Assembly: GCA_943373175.1 (NCBI GenBank)
Contig: CALSBM010000007.1
Span: 2,502 to 66,501 of the forward strand
DNA length: 64,000 nucleotides
Source of the DNA: Chitinophaga pinensis
GTDB lineage: Bacteria; Bacteroidota; Bacteroidia; UBA7662; JAIXUI01
Reading direction: 5' to 3'
Shown here piece by piece: positions 46,225-57,847 of this stretch. The translations under genes were made by a program, and so were the position numbers. Each line of letters starts with the position of its first letter. Within the stretch, counting starts at the first letter, position 1. A model generated the notes under the pieces. The model saw only the letters and a program-made list of their open reading frames with translations, ran no database searches and had not been told where the DNA came from.

Positions 46225-47829
46225 ATGCTGAAAAAGACGCTCTTACTGCTGGTTCTGGGACTTTCCATCTTCCTCGGAACTATTCAGGCTCAGGATGTTA
46301 CTTATCCTGAGATGAACGAAGAAAGCGAGGCCATTCTGTCAACTCTTGACAGCCTGACTAACCTTCATTACTTCGATCTTAAAAAACGCAATCAGCAGGT
46401 TAAACGTCTTAATAAATATGGTTTTCGTCCGGACGATGTTCCTACTTATGACGACTCCATTTACAATTACAGAATTGCATTTCTTGAGCGCGACATGCCA
46501 TTTACCTATAATGAGTATGTGAAAGGCTTTATAAACCTCTACGCCGTTCGAAAAAGAAATTTAACCGAAAAGATTCTTGGGTTATCTCAGTATTACTTTC
46601 CCATATTCGAAGAAGCCCTTGAAAAAGCAGGACTTCCTCACAGTCTTAAGTACCTCGCTGCCGTTGAGTCAGCTTTAAATCCCAACGCAATTTCTCCGGC
46701 TGGAGCAACTGGCATCTGGCAGTTCATGTATGGCACTGCTCGTATGTACAATGTTAAGATTAACTATTACTACGATGAGCGCCGCGATCCTTATGCTGCT
46801 ACTCAAGCTGCCGTAGCCTTCTTCAAGGATTTATATTCTATTTACAAAGATTGGATGTTGGTTTTAGCTGCATACAATTGCGGCCCGGGAAATGTTAACA
46901 AAGCAATCCGAAAATCAGGAGGAAAACGCGACTTCTGGTCAATTCGCCCCTACCTTCCTGTTGAGACTCGCGGATATGTACCGGCTTTCATTGCCGTCAG
47001 CTATGTGATGAACTTCGCTGCTGAGCACAACCTCTACCCTACTCCATTGATTACCCTGCCTACCGTTACCGATGTGGTTGCAGTAGAAGGTCCGTTGTAT
47101 ATTAAAGACATTACTCAGCACCTGGAAGTTGAAGAAGAAACTTTAACCCTTCTCAACCCCGCGCTTAAGTTGCGCTACATTCCTCAAAGTCACGATTTCT
47201 ATAACCTTCGCCTTCCGGCAAAGTTGGTTTCCGTTTTCGAGCGTAAGAGAGAAAATATTGTTGCTGGATTACGTAAACCGGAAACTAACAGCTTTGTATC
47301 GACAGAAAATCCGAATAATAATTCTGTTAGCTTAGTTTCAAACGAAGTTAAAGACCCTTCCAACTCAAATAACGCTTCCAATTCCCAGGATGAAAAGGTT
47401 GCGAATGGTCTCTATAAAACGAAATATACCGTTGAAAGAGGCGATAACCTTCGCAGAATTGCCGAGAAGTACAGTGTTACAATAGCAGAAATCAGAGATT
47501 GGAATAACCTTCCGAACAACATTATTCGAGTTGGTCAAGGATTGGAGATTTTCGTGAAGCAACTTCCTGAGAATCAAACTGCTTTGCGAGATTCTGATAA
47601 TCAGCCCGAGGAAGACCGCTCTGTCTTTTCTTCCTTCCGCAGGGGGAAAAAGCATAAACAGGAGTCAAAACGCGATAAATACAAGACCTACACAGTTCGA
47701 AATGGTGATACACTTTGGTCTATTGCTCAGAAAACTGGGCATGAGGTAAGCGAATTGAAAAGACTAAATGGCATTAGAAAAAGTGCTAACCTCAAAAAAG
47801 GTCAAAAACTGAAGCTTCCCAAGGCTTAA
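46225..47829 (+). CDS. lytic transglycosylase (SLT domain) with C-terminal LysM repeats, MltD-like
   Basis: SLT motif LAAVESALNPNAISPAGATGIWQFM...AAYNCGPGNV and two LysM segments (YTVERGDNLRRIAEKYSVTIAEIRDWNNL; YTVRNGDTLWSIAQKTGHEVSELKRLNGI). Confidence 0.8.
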   Translation: MLKKTLLLLVLGLSIFLGTIQAQDVTYPEMNEESEAILSTLDSLTNLHYFDLKKRNQQVKRLNKYGFRPDDVPTYDDSIYNYRIAFLERDMPFTYNEYVKGFINLYAVRKRNLTEKILGLSQYYFPIFEEALEKAGLPHSLKYLAAVESALNPNAISPAGATGIWQFMYGTARMYNVKINYYYDERRDPYAATQAAVAFFKDLYSIYKDWMLVLAAYNCGPGNVNKAIRKSGGKRDFWSIRPYLPVETRGYVPAFIAVSYVMNFAAEHNLYPTPLITLPTVTDVVAVEGPLYIKDITQHLEVEEETLTLLNPALKLRYIPQSHDFYNLRLPAKLVSVFERKRENIVAGLRKPETNSFVSTENPNNNSVSLVSNEVKDPSNSNNASNSQDEKVANGLYKTKYTVERGDNLRRIAEKYSVTIAEIRDWNNLPNNIIRVGQGLEIFVKQLPENQTALRDSDNQPEEDRSVFSSFRRGKKHKQESKRDKYKTYTVRNGDTLWSIAQKTGHEVSELKRLNGIRKSANLKKGQKLKLPKA

Positions 47830-47835
47830 GTAAGA

Positions 47836-49122
47836 ATGAAAAACATATTGTTGTTAGGATCGGGCGGGCGCGAGCACGCACTTTCCCTTTCACTGGCGTC
47901 CAGCAAATTATGTGGACGCCTTTTTATTGCGCCTGGAAATGCAGGCACTGCAGAAGTTGGAACTAATGTCAACCTGAATCCTATTGATTTTGAGGCAATT
48001 GCCGGATTTATAGTGGATAATGCTATTGACTTGCTGGTCTGCGGGCCAGAAGAACCGTTAGTTAAAGGATTGAGAGACCATCTTGAGCATACACCCGGTT
48101 TGGAAAACGTTGGAATCATTGGCCCAGGGAAAGCAGGTGCTCAACTCGAAGGAAGCAAGGATTTCTCCAAACGATTCATGCAACGTCATTCCATCCCCAC
48201 TGCATCATACAGAAGTTTTCAACACAACCAACTCGAAGATGCGTTGGAGTACGTTGCACAGCATCCTCTTCCTATTGTCTTGAAAGCCGATGGCTTAGCA
48301 GCCGGAAAAGGGGTAGTAATTTGTGAAGACACTCCGACTGCGATTACCACTACCCGTTTCATGTTGGAAGGTGCTTTTGGTGAAGCGTCAAACACCTTAG
48401 TCATAGAGTCTTTCCTTAAAGGCACAGAACTATCCGTTTTCGTTTTAACCGACGGCAAAGAGGCTATTGTTTTACCAGAAGCCAAAGATTATAAACGAAT
48501 CTATGATGGTGATAAAGGCCCTAATACCGGAGGAATGGGAGCTGTTTCTCCAGTTCCGTTTTTCGAAGGAGAATTCCGAGAAAAAGTTTTGCAGAAAATC
48601 ATTCATCCAACCATCCATGGGCTTAAAGCTGAAGGGATTCCCTATATCGGATTCATCTTTTTTGGACTCATCAATCAGGATGGAGAACCTTATGTGATTG
48701 AGTACAATGCCCGATTAGGAGATCCTGAAACAGAAGCAATTCTTCCAAGACTAAATGAAGACTTTCTTGATTTATGTATTGAAACGGTTTCAGGTAAACT
48801 AAAAAGCAGAGTTGCCGAAGTAAAGCCTGATGTTGCCACAACCGTGATGTTAGTAAGCGAAGGGTATCCGGGAGCTTATGAAAAAGGAAGGAAAATAGAA
48901 TTTTCTACCGCGTCTAATGTAACGAAAGACACCTCGATAAGGCTTCATTCAGGAACTTTACTTGCCCCTGAAGGAACGCTAACGAATGGAGGAAGAGTGC
49001 TGGCGATTACAGCATTGGCATCAAATGCTCATGAATCGAGGGCTATTGCCTATCGAGCGGTGGAGGAAGTTTCATTTACAGGGAAATGCTTCCGTAACGA
49101 TATCGGGCTTGACCTGATGTGA
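47836..49122 (+). CDS. purD: phosphoribosylamine--glycine ligase
   Basis: MKNILLLGSGGREHAL start, an ATP-grasp domain and 428 aa. Confidence 0.9.
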   Translation: MKNILLLGSGGREHALSLSLASSKLCGRLFIAPGNAGTAEVGTNVNLNPIDFEAIAGFIVDNAIDLLVCGPEEPLVKGLRDHLEHTPGLENVGIIGPGKAGAQLEGSKDFSKRFMQRHSIPTASYRSFQHNQLEDALEYVAQHPLPIVLKADGLAAGKGVVICEDTPTAITTTRFMLEGAFGEASNTLVIESFLKGTELSVFVLTDGKEAIVLPEAKDYKRIYDGDKGPNTGGMGAVSPVPFFEGEFREKVLQKIIHPTIHGLKAEGIPYIGFIFFGLINQDGEPYVIEYNARLGDPETEAILPRLNEDFLDLCIETVSGKLKSRVAEVKPDVATTVMLVSEGYPGAYEKGRKIEFSTASNVTKDTSIRLHSGTLLAPEGTLTNGGRVLAITALASNAHESRAIAYRAVEEVSFTGKCFRNDIGLDLM

Positions 49123-49125
49123 CGA

Positions 49126-49581
49126 TTATTGCAATTTTCGCTTACCAGCTTCAGATATTGCACGGGAAGTATCCCGTGTCATGCTTTTGATGTATTCTGC
49201 TTTCCTAAAACGCAACGCACTCCAATCTTCATCAATCGCTACTTGTCTTACTCCTTCTAGCCCTGCCTTACCTAAAGATTCCCATCCTGTATCTCGGTTG
49301 AAATCACACTTAAAGCGTTTAGAAGTTCCTTTTGGGTAGGCCATCCAAACGATAGCATCACCTTCTAATAAAGGGGCTATGCTCTCAACCCATCGTTCAA
49401 TAGCTTCCTGTTCAGTAACAAAAATCATTACCCAGTTCACTAAAGAGTCAGGAATATGTTCCTGCACCACTAAACCGGTTTGCTTCCATTCCTCTAATTG
49501 TTTATAAAATGATTCAGGTGTATCCAGAACTAGCACTTGTTCTGAACCCTTATAGTTAAGCTTTTTCAATAATGCCTCCAC
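49126..49581 (-). CDS. hypothetical protein
   Basis: 151-aa acidic soluble protein with no motif recognised. It converges on purD with a 3-bp gap. Confidence 0.45.
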   Translation of the reverse strand: MEALLKKLNYKGSEQVLVLDTPESFYKQLEEWKQTGLVVQEHIPDSLVNWVMIFVTEQEAIERWVESIAPLLEGDAIVWMAYPKGTSKRFKCDFNRDTGWESLGKAGLEGVRQVAIDEDWSALRFRKAEYIKSMTRDTSRAISEAGKRKLQ

Positions 49582-49594
49582 AGATAAGAAGCGT

Positions 49595-50497
49595 TTATAC
49601 TGAAGTGGTCTCTCCCCTTCGGGAATTTACAAGGTAAACACCAGTTAAAATTGCGAGCATACCCATTACTTGAAATATGCCTACCGGCTCATTGTCGAGC
49701 CAACCCCAAAGCAAGGCAACTACGGGAATCAAGTAAGTTACCGAAGAAGCATACAAAGCCGAAGTTGCCAGAATAAGTCGATTGAAAAGGATAAGTGAAC
49801 CGGCAGTTCCCGCCAAACCCAGAATGGCTATGCAAGCTAGTGAAGTCCATGCTTGTCCGGATTCGTGGTGCTGAAAGGTTTCAACGGGATGCGAGAACGC
49901 TAAAAGCAACATGCTTGGCACCATAACCGCAGCAATAGGCAATGCAGAAATTATTAGCGGAGGAGTATCGGCGAGCTTATTTCGTACAGTATTTACACTA
50001 ATCGCATAAAAAACAGGTGCAAGTACTACTAACAATCCATATCGCCAATCCGACTGAAATCCACCGTTGGCATTCATTAAAATCAATACCATAGCACCAG
50101 CAAGGCTCGTGACAACACCGGCAATTTTCATGATGGTTAGCTTTTGTTTGAACAACCAAACGCCAATCATTAAAGTAAACAACGGAGTTAAAGCGTTCAA
50201 CACTCCGGTAACACTACTGTTCAAATGTGTTTGAGCAATGGTAAATAGAAAAGCAGGAATTCCATTTCCCAAAAAGCCAACAATAAGAAATGCCGGCCAT
50301 TTCCTTAGCGGCTCTTTTCTGAAATGCTTAAGGGTGATAGGCAATAAAGCTAGGCCACCGAAAGTAAGCCGCATCGAAGCTACTTGTAAGGGCGAAAAAA
50401 CCTCCAATCCTCTTTTCATCAGGATAAATGAGCTTCCCCAAACCAAGGCGAGGAGGAGTAAAATCAGTACCGGGGTTACCGGATTTTTATATTGCAC
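49595..50497 (-). CDS. DMT superfamily (EamA-like) transporter
   Basis: Ten TM helices arranged as a duplicated EamA pattern. Confidence 0.75.
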   Translation of the reverse strand: MQYKNPVTPVLILLLLALVWGSSFILMKRGLEVFSPLQVASMRLTFGGLALLPITLKHFRKEPLRKWPAFLIVGFLGNGIPAFLFTIAQTHLNSSVTGVLNALTPLFTLMIGVWLFKQKLTIMKIAGVVTSLAGAMVLILMNANGGFQSDWRYGLLVVLAPVFYAISVNTVRNKLADTPPLIISALPIAAVMVPSMLLLAFSHPVETFQHHESGQAWTSLACIAILGLAGTAGSLILFNRLILATSALYASSVTYLIPVVALLWGWLDNEPVGIFQVMGMLAILTGVYLVNSRRGETTSV

Positions 50498-50560
50498 TGC
50501 ACAAAGGTAGAAGTATCAAATGGCACCACAACAAAACACATATTTTCCGAACTTTCGGGC

Positions 50561-51550
50561 ATGACAAAAGTCCTGGTTACAGGAGGTACTGGCCTAGTTG
50601 GAAGCCATTTACTTGAGCAACTTCAATCACAACCCGTAACCATACGTGTATTAGCAAGAAATCCTGATCAAGCTTTGCAAAAGCCTTGGCTTCAAAAACT
50701 GCTTAAATTCCCTATCGAGTGGGTAAAAGGCGACATCCTGGATGTTGAAAGCTTAGAAGAAGCAATGGAAGGAGTCAGCCAGGTTTATCATTGTGCAGCA
50801 TCTGTATCCTTTGACAAAAAAAACAGCCGACAGCTTTGGCAGACCAATATTGCCGGAACTGCAAATGTAGTTAATGCAAGCTTGTACGCAGGAATCAGCA
50901 AATTAGCCTACGTAAGCTCAATTGCTGCTTTGGGAAGAAGTACTTCGGCTGGAATCGTCGATGAATCAACCGATTGGAAAGACGATCCGGGAAACAGCCA
51001 GTATGCCATTTCTAAATTCAGAGCCGAATTAGAAGTTTGGAGAGGCATTGAAGAAGGCCTGAACGCTGTGATGATCAATCCGGGTATCATACTCGGTCCC
51101 GGTGATTGGTCAGCCACTTCTTCTAGGTTAATCGCACAAATTGCCAAAGGATTTCCGGTAATTAGTCCGGGAGCTAATGGCTTTGTAGATGTTCGCGACG
51201 TTGCCGACAGCCTGATTTTTTTAATGAATAGCGAAATCAGCGCTAAACGTTTTGTGCTTGTGGGCGAAAACCTGAGTTATCGGCAACTTTTCGAAGCAAT
51301 TTGCCTCAGAACAGGCGCCAAAATGCCCACTTGGACACCCTCCTACTCCATGGCGATGTTAGCGGCACGCTTGCTTTCCATTTTTGGGATATTCAGTTCT
51401 AAAGAGCCCGCTTTAACTCCGGAAAAAGTGAAAACGGCTTTTTCCAACTATTCCTTCAGTTCAGAGCGAATCCTCTCAAGCGGTTTTAAGTTCCGAACAA
51501 TGAACGATACCTTTGACTGGGTTTGCGAAGCTTATCGCACTTCTCACTAA
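50561..51550 (+). CDS. NAD-dependent epimerase/dehydratase family (extended SDR) protein
   Basis: MTKVLVTGGTGLVGSHL Rossmann start and a YxxxK motif (YAISKFRAE). The track ORF starts at 50492. Confidence 0.75.
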   Translation: MTKVLVTGGTGLVGSHLLEQLQSQPVTIRVLARNPDQALQKPWLQKLLKFPIEWVKGDILDVESLEEAMEGVSQVYHCAASVSFDKKNSRQLWQTNIAGTANVVNASLYAGISKLAYVSSIAALGRSTSAGIVDESTDWKDDPGNSQYAISKFRAELEVWRGIEEGLNAVMINPGIILGPGDWSATSSRLIAQIAKGFPVISPGANGFVDVRDVADSLIFLMNSEISAKRFVLVGENLSYRQLFEAICLRTGAKMPTWTPSYSMAMLAARLLSIFGIFSSKEPALTPEKVKTAFSNYSFSSERILSSGFKFRTMNDTFDWVCEAYRTSH

Positions 51551-51581
51551 CGTTTTTTTGCCACTTTTCTACCCTTCGTTT

Positions 51582-52967
51582 ATGCCTCATTTCAAAGAAT
51601 TTAACTCTAGCAGCCTCTCCGATTGGCAAAATCAAGTCAGTAAAGAACTAAAAGGTTTAAGTTCAGAGAGTTTGAACTTTCAAACTTCATTAGGCTTCGA
51701 AATGCCGGCATTCGTAACAGAAGAAAATGCCCGCTTTCTACCAAAATCTACTGAAAGCAAGTGGCCATATACCCATGGATATTATGCGGAAGCAAAGCCC
51801 TGGGTGATTTCGGAAAGAATTTTTATTGACGCAAGCAATATCGATTCTTGCAACAAGCAAGCACTATTAGCACTAGAACAAGGTGCCACAGGTCTTCACA
51901 TCTGCGGTGATCCAGACAATGAAGACTCGTTCAAACGCTTTATGAGTGGAATCCTCCCAGAATATATCAGCATCTGGTTTAGCGGCACTCAACAATACCG
52001 GATGGCCCGATGGCTATCTCACCTCGCGCAAGAAAGAGGCATCAACCCTTCTCACTTGCACGGTGGGTTACTTGGAGATGGCAGTCTGGCTATTGCCAAT
52101 CAAGACCTGCCACATTTTGCGCAAATCGTTGCGGCATTACCCAATTTCCGATGCCTTTGGACTGATGCTTCCTCGTTTTATGAACAAGGGCTTAGTGTGG
52201 TTGACGAAGCTGCTTTTGCATTATTATCTGGAAAAAGACTGTTACAGCATTATACTAAAGCAGGAATAAGCCCAGATGAAATTGGCAAGTATATTCAGTT
52301 TCGATTCAGCAGCCCACTTCAATACTTTATCGGCATAGCCCGCCAACGCGCATTTCGCTATTGCTGGTCACAAGTGATGAGTTCATTTAATCCGGAACAT
52401 AATTGCAGTTCAGTAGCAAGCATCTATACTCAAACTGCTTACCGCCATCTAAGTAAACGGGATGTATTCAATAATCTTTTGAGGAATACTACAGCCTCGA
52501 TGGCTATGGTAATCGGTGGAACAGATGCACTTGAAGTCCTTCCTCATGATTCGGCATTGGGCATGGGAGATTCGAATATATTCAGTAACAGAATGGCCCG
52601 AAACATTCAATTAATACTTGCGCATGAATGTGGCTTCGATCAACTGGTTGATCCAGCAGGAGGTTCCTTTTATCTTGAAACAATGACTTTTCATTTAGCT
52701 GAGGCCATCCTCTTACGGTTAGAAGCTATTGAAAATGAAATGAATTGGGAAGATTGGGTAAAAAAAGGAATTATCGAACATGCTTTATCCGAACAGCAAA
52801 AAATTAAGGAAGAAGTTAATAATGGAACTCTTCCAATAATTGGCGTTAATCTTTATCCTAACAATCAGGAATTAATAAATGACCCTATGCTTTTAGATGT
52901 TCTAAAAAAGGTGGAAAGTAAATTTAGAGAAGCTGGAGATATGGAACGTCAAACAGTTTCTCATTAA
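51582..52967 (+). CDS. methylmalonyl-CoA mutase family protein, small-subunit (MutA)-like, lacking a B12-binding domain
   Basis: N-terminus SDWQNQVSKELKG...LNFQTSLGFEMPAF follows the MCM N-terminal pattern. The internal segment AHECGFDQLVDPAGGSFYLETMT matches the MCM TIM-barrel region. At 462 aa it has no C-terminal cobalamin domain. Confidence 0.65.
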   Translation: MPHFKEFNSSSLSDWQNQVSKELKGLSSESLNFQTSLGFEMPAFVTEENARFLPKSTESKWPYTHGYYAEAKPWVISERIFIDASNIDSCNKQALLALEQGATGLHICGDPDNEDSFKRFMSGILPEYISIWFSGTQQYRMARWLSHLAQERGINPSHLHGGLLGDGSLAIANQDLPHFAQIVAALPNFRCLWTDASSFYEQGLSVVDEAAFALLSGKRLLQHYTKAGISPDEIGKYIQFRFSSPLQYFIGIARQRAFRYCWSQVMSSFNPEHNCSSVASIYTQTAYRHLSKRDVFNNLLRNTTASMAMVIGGTDALEVLPHDSALGMGDSNIFSNRMARNIQLILAHECGFDQLVDPAGGSFYLETMTFHLAEAILLRLEAIENEMNWEDWVKKGIIEHALSEQQKIKEEVNNGTLPIIGVNLYPNNQELINDPMLLDVLKKVESKFREAGDMERQTVSH

Positions 52968-53080
52968 TCTATTTTAATATTTCGAAGGGTATTGAATGTA
53001 ACAAGTAGGGTTGATTACAAGCTAAATCACAATCCAACCCTTTGGTAATAATTCTAAGCGAATTGAAGACTAACACGCAT

Positions 53081-53112
53081 AAAAAAAGCCACCTTATCTG
53101 GTGGCTTTTTTT
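53081..53112. terminator. bidirectional rho-independent terminator between the convergent mutA-like and OMP genes
   Basis: The hairpin agccacc-ttatct-ggtggct is flanked by A7 on the left and T7 on the right. Confidence 0.7.
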
Positions 53113-53128
53113 ATGGTTATAATTAAAC

Positions 53129-53785
53129 TTAGTTTCCGAAGTTGAAACGGTAAGCAGCGCGGAAACCGATAAATCCAAGTGTTGTAGTACCTGCCACATC
53201 AATTTCCTGACCAGTAACCGGATCTTCTGTAGTTTCAGTAGTTGGAAAGCCTGGAGAAAGATCGTAACGTACTGAAAGGTCTAAAGCATTATCTCCGATT
53301 GGTAACGAGTATCCAATACGTGGAGCAAAACTGAACGTAGTTTTTGAACTTCCAGGAACATCAACAGAAATTCCCAGCACGGTTTGTTTAGTAGATCCCA
53401 GTGTAAACAGGTTCAATCCTAAATCAACACCAGCATACAAGCCTAAGTTCTCAACAGGAAACCAATTTGCACCAATGCGAATAGGAATTGCCGAAATTGA
53501 AGGAGTTGTTATCTCAGATGGAGGAAATGGAGGGAGATTGATAGTCGAAGTTTTACCACCAAAAGTCAAGTAACCAACTGAACCAGTTAAGTCAAGTGTA
53601 CCTTCAATTAGATTGTAATGAAACATTGCAGAACCTCCGAAGCCAATTCCATTACCAGTAGAGAAGTCGTCCCCCATTGGAAGACCAACTTCAGCACCTA
53701 CACTAACGCCCATTTTACTTTGAGCGGATGCGCTGAATGCTCCAAATGCGAGACAAACAGCAGTCATTAAGAAGATTTTTTTCAT
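53129..53785 (-). CDS. outer-membrane beta-barrel protein (porin/OmpW-like small barrel)
   Basis: Signal peptide MKKIFLMTAVCLAFGAFSASAQ, alternating amphipathic beta-strands and a C-terminal aromatic residue (…YRFNFGN). Start taken at 53785. Confidence 0.65.
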   Translation of the reverse strand: MKKIFLMTAVCLAFGAFSASAQSKMGVSVGAEVGLPMGDDFSTGNGIGFGGSAMFHYNLIEGTLDLTGSVGYLTFGGKTSTINLPPFPPSEITTPSISAIPIRIGANWFPVENLGLYAGVDLGLNLFTLGSTKQTVLGISVDVPGSSKTTFSFAPRIGYSLPIGDNALDLSVRYDLSPGFPTTETTEDPVTGQEIDVAGTTTLGFIGFRAAYRFNFGN

Positions 53786-53927
53786 GTTTAAATGTTTAGG
53801 TTGAACTATTTTTCGTGTTTCAAATATTAGGCCAAAAATGCCTTTTATAAAATAGGAAAAAATCAAAAACAATTAAGGCTATATGTGTAACGAATTGAGG
53901 CATTGAGGACTAATCCTTAGCAGCGCA

Positions 53928-53968
53928 TATAAAAAGAAACGGGCTGATCAGATTCTAACCAGCCCGTT
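53928..53968 (-). terminator. intrinsic terminator downstream of pgk (minus strand)
   Basis: The hairpin aacgggctg-atcagattctaac-cagcccgtt is followed by a T-rich run on the minus strand. Confidence 0.55.
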
Positions 53969-53984
53969 TTCAAGTTTTACGTTG

Positions 53985-55184
53985 TTAGCTTTTCAGTGCC
54001 GCTACACCTGGAAGTACTCTGCCCTCCATGTGTTCGAGCAATGCACCGCCTCCGGTAGAAACATAGCTCACCTTGTCAGAAAAGCCGAATTGATTCACCG
54101 CTGCGGCAGAATCGCCTCCGCCAATTAAAGAGAAGGCATCATTTTCAGAAGTAGCATCAGCAACAGCCTGTGCTATTGTTCGTGTTCCATTGGCGAAGTT
54201 CGTCATCTCAAATACACCCATTGGCCCATTCCAAAGAATGGTTTTAGAATTTCTGACTGCCTCAGCAAATTGAATTGTAGCTTCCGGGCCGATGTCCAAA
54301 CCCATCCAGCCTTCAGGAATTTCCATGTTTCCACTCAAACGTGTGTTTGCGTCATTCGAAAAATTATCTGCAATCACAGAATCATTTGGAAGTAACAACT
54401 TTACTCCTTTTGCTTTAGCCTTTTCTATTAAGCTAAGGGCGAGTTCAAGCTTGTCGTCTTCACAAAGGGATTTTCCAATATTTCCACCCATCGCTTTAAA
54501 GAAGGTATAAACCATTCCACCGCCGATAATCAGGTTATCTACTTTATCGAGCAGGTTTTCAATAATGAGAATTTTATCTGAAACCTTCGCCCCTCCCATA
54601 ATGGCGGTATAAGGGCGTTCAGGATGGCTCATTACTTTATCGGCATTTTCTAGCTCAGCCATCATTAAATAACCAGCCGCTTTTCGATTGGGAAAAAACT
54701 GAGCGATAACGGCAGTAGAGGCATGAGCACGATGCGCAGTTCCGAATGCATCGTTGATGTAAAAAGTACCCAGTTTAGCGAGTTTTGAGGCAAACTCCAG
54801 GTCTCCTTTTTCTTCTTCCTTGTAAAAGCGAAGATTTTCAAGAAGAAGTACTTCACCAGCTTTGAGGTCAGCAGCGAGATGAGAAGCTTTTTCGCCGATA
54901 CAATCGGGAGCAAACTGAACCGGAATACCCAGAAGTTCGCTGGTCTTGCTTACAATATGATGGAGCGAATACTTGTCTTCAGGGCCAGTTTTAGGTCGGC
55001 CTAAGTGCGACATCAGAATTACACTTCCACCATCCTCGAGGACTTTCCTTATAGAAGGTAATGCAGCGCTGATTCTGGTATCGTCGGTGACTTCGAAAGT
55101 TTGATTGTTAAGTGGGACGTTAAAATCAACCCTCATTAACACTTTTTCACCGGCAAAGTGAAACTGGTCTATAGAAATTGCCAT
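53985..55184 (-). CDS. pgk: phosphoglycerate kinase
   Basis: RVDFNVP N-terminal motif and GGGA/GGGD nucleotide-binding motifs, 399 aa. Confidence 0.9.
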   Translation of the reverse strand: MAISIDQFHFAGEKVLMRVDFNVPLNNQTFEVTDDTRISAALPSIRKVLEDGGSVILMSHLGRPKTGPEDKYSLHHIVSKTSELLGIPVQFAPDCIGEKASHLAADLKAGEVLLLENLRFYKEEEKGDLEFASKLAKLGTFYINDAFGTAHRAHASTAVIAQFFPNRKAAGYLMMAELENADKVMSHPERPYTAIMGGAKVSDKILIIENLLDKVDNLIIGGGMVYTFFKAMGGNIGKSLCEDDKLELALSLIEKAKAKGVKLLLPNDSVIADNFSNDANTRLSGNMEIPEGWMGLDIGPEATIQFAEAVRNSKTILWNGPMGVFEMTNFANGTRTIAQAVADATSENDAFSLIGGGDSAAAVNQFGFSDKVSYVSTGGGALLEHMEGRVLPGVAALKS

Positions 55185-55207
55185 AGCATGAAATTGAAAT
55201 TCTACAA

Positions 55208-56248
<1,041 letters not shown>

Positions 56249-56455
56249 TTAGTAGCGCGATTCCAATAGTTAGCTCAAGCAGGAAAAGAAGTGCTTGGGA
56301 AGAAGAGCTTCAGAAAAAATCATCATGAAGTACAGGTACATTCCCAATTGAAGCCACCAAGACTAAAAAAGAACGGCGTTTAGCCCTATATAGTGATGAA
56401 AAACAAGGAGGTAACCTCAAATGAGCTAACATTCAGGTAATTTTCGAAGATTTTT

Positions 56456-56488
56456 TTTGGCAGTTTGCCTAGTGATATACTATATTTG
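56456..56488 (+). promoter_or_regulatory. Bacteroidota-type promoter (-33 TTTG ... -7 TAnnTTTG) for tRNA-Glu
   Basis: A TTTG at 56456-56459 and TATATTTG at 56481-56488 are separated by 21 bp. They lie about 18 bp upstream of the tRNA 5' end. Confidence 0.4.
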
Positions 56489-56505
56489 CACCACTTTAAC
56501 GAAAC

Positions 56506-56580
56506 GGCCCGTTCGTCTAGGGGTTAGGACGCAAGATTTTCATTCTTGTAGCAGGGGTTCGATTCCCCTACGGGCTACCA
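56506..56580 (+). tRNA. tRNA-Glu (anticodon TTC), CCA encoded
   Basis: Acceptor GGCCCGT/ACGGGCT, anticodon stem CAAGA/TCTTG with loop TTTTCAT, T-loop TTCGATT, discriminator A and a 3' CCA. Confidence 0.85.
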
Positions 56581-56620
56581 AAACCGCCTTTTAGAGAATT
56601 CTGAGGCGGTTTTTTATTTT
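56581..56620. terminator. bidirectional terminator shared by tRNA-Glu (+) and hflX (-)
   Basis: The hairpin aaccgcc-(16 nt)-ggcggtt is followed by TTTTTATTTT, and A-rich sequence precedes it. Confidence 0.65.
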
Positions 56621-56729
56621 ACTATTAGCTGTTCAGTTCCGTTCAAGAAGAACAATTTGCTTTTGTAGAATCGAATCAGATTCTATCAACTATTAAGATT
56701 TTGAACTAATTTGATTTAAATAGCGATGC

Positions 56730-57845
56730 TTAACGTCGGCTTTCGACGTAATTCAAAAGCATTTTCAAACGGCTTCTTAAATCCTCAATTCCTTCCTTTT
56801 GGATAACAGAAATAAACACTGAATCTCGGTCTTTTGCCATCCAACTTTTTCGGAGGTGCTCAACTGTCATTTCGGGGTTATGTTTAAGAAACACATCCAT
56901 CTTATTGAAAACAAGCAGGTTCGGCTTATCAAGCACTTTCAACTCTCGTAAAGTTTCCTCAACCACCACCACTTGCTCTTCAAAATTAGGATGGCTGATA
57001 TCCACAACATGTAGCAAAATGTCAGCTTCTCTTACTTCATCCAGCGTTGATTTAAAAGACTCTATTAAATGAGTAGGAATCTTTCTAATAAACCCCACCG
57101 TATCAGAAATCAGGAAAGCAGTTTGGTCAAGTACTACCTTTCTGACAGTAGAGTCAACCGTAGCAAAGAGTTTGTTTTCTGCAAAAACATCGGCTTTAGA
57201 AAGTAGATTCATCAAGCTGGATTTGCCTACGTTGGTATATCCTACAAGTGCAACCCTGGTTAATGTCCCTCTTCCCTTTCGTTGGGTTTGATTTTGACGA
57301 TCGATGGTTTGGAGTTTTTCCTTTAAAACGGCTATTCGAGTTCGAATTACCCGTCGATCAGTTTCGATTTCCTTTTCTCCAGGCCCTTTCATTCCAATAC
57401 CTCCCTTTTGTTTCTGAAGGTGAGTCCACATACGGGTTAACCGGGGAAGCAGGTATTGATTTTGGGCTAATTCCACCTGTGTTCTTGCCTGCGCTGTTTG
57501 AGCGCGGGAAGCAAAGATGTCGAGGATAAGATTGGAACGATCCAGGATTTTACAGCTTAGCGATTGTTCCAGATTTCTGATTTGAGTAGGCGTTAACTCA
57601 TCATCAAAAACGACTAAATCCGCTTCGGCATGTTTAACAAAGTCGGCGACTTCTGCCAGTTTTCCTTTGCCTATGTATGAACGAGAATCAGGCCTTTCCA
57701 GCTTTTGTAAAAACCGGCCAATAGTTTCAGCACCTGCCGTTTCTGCTAGAAAGGCCAATTCATCCAAATATTCTTCTGCTTGCTCCTTAGTTTGTAACTG
57801 ACTAATTACACCTACTAAAACGGCCTTTTCTTTCTCTTTAATCAA
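56730..57845 (-). CDS. hflX: GTPase HflX
   Basis: G1 VALVGYTNVGKSSL, G3 DTVGF and G4 NKMD motifs, plus an HflX N-terminal domain. Confidence 0.9.
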   Translation of the reverse strand: MIKEKEKAVLVGVISQLQTKEQAEEYLDELAFLAETAGAETIGRFLQKLERPDSRSYIGKGKLAEVADFVKHAEADLVVFDDELTPTQIRNLEQSLSCKILDRSNLILDIFASRAQTAQARTQVELAQNQYLLPRLTRMWTHLQKQKGGIGMKGPGEKEIETDRRVIRTRIAVLKEKLQTIDRQNQTQRKGRGTLTRVALVGYTNVGKSSLMNLLSKADVFAENKLFATVDSTVRKVVLDQTAFLISDTVGFIRKIPTHLIESFKSTLDEVREADILLHVVDISHPNFEEQVVVVEETLRELKVLDKPNLLVFNKMDVFLKHNPEMTVEHLRKSWMAKDRDSVFISVIQKEGIEDLRSRLKMLLNYVESRR

Positions 57846-57847
57846 AA

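Noticed and set aside
56401-56426. The sequence AAGGAGGTAACCTCAAATGAGCTAA looks like a perfect SD + ATG.
   Set aside because: The reading frame is only two codons long (M-S-stop). It is coincidental sequence in the gap between gapA and tRNA-Glu.
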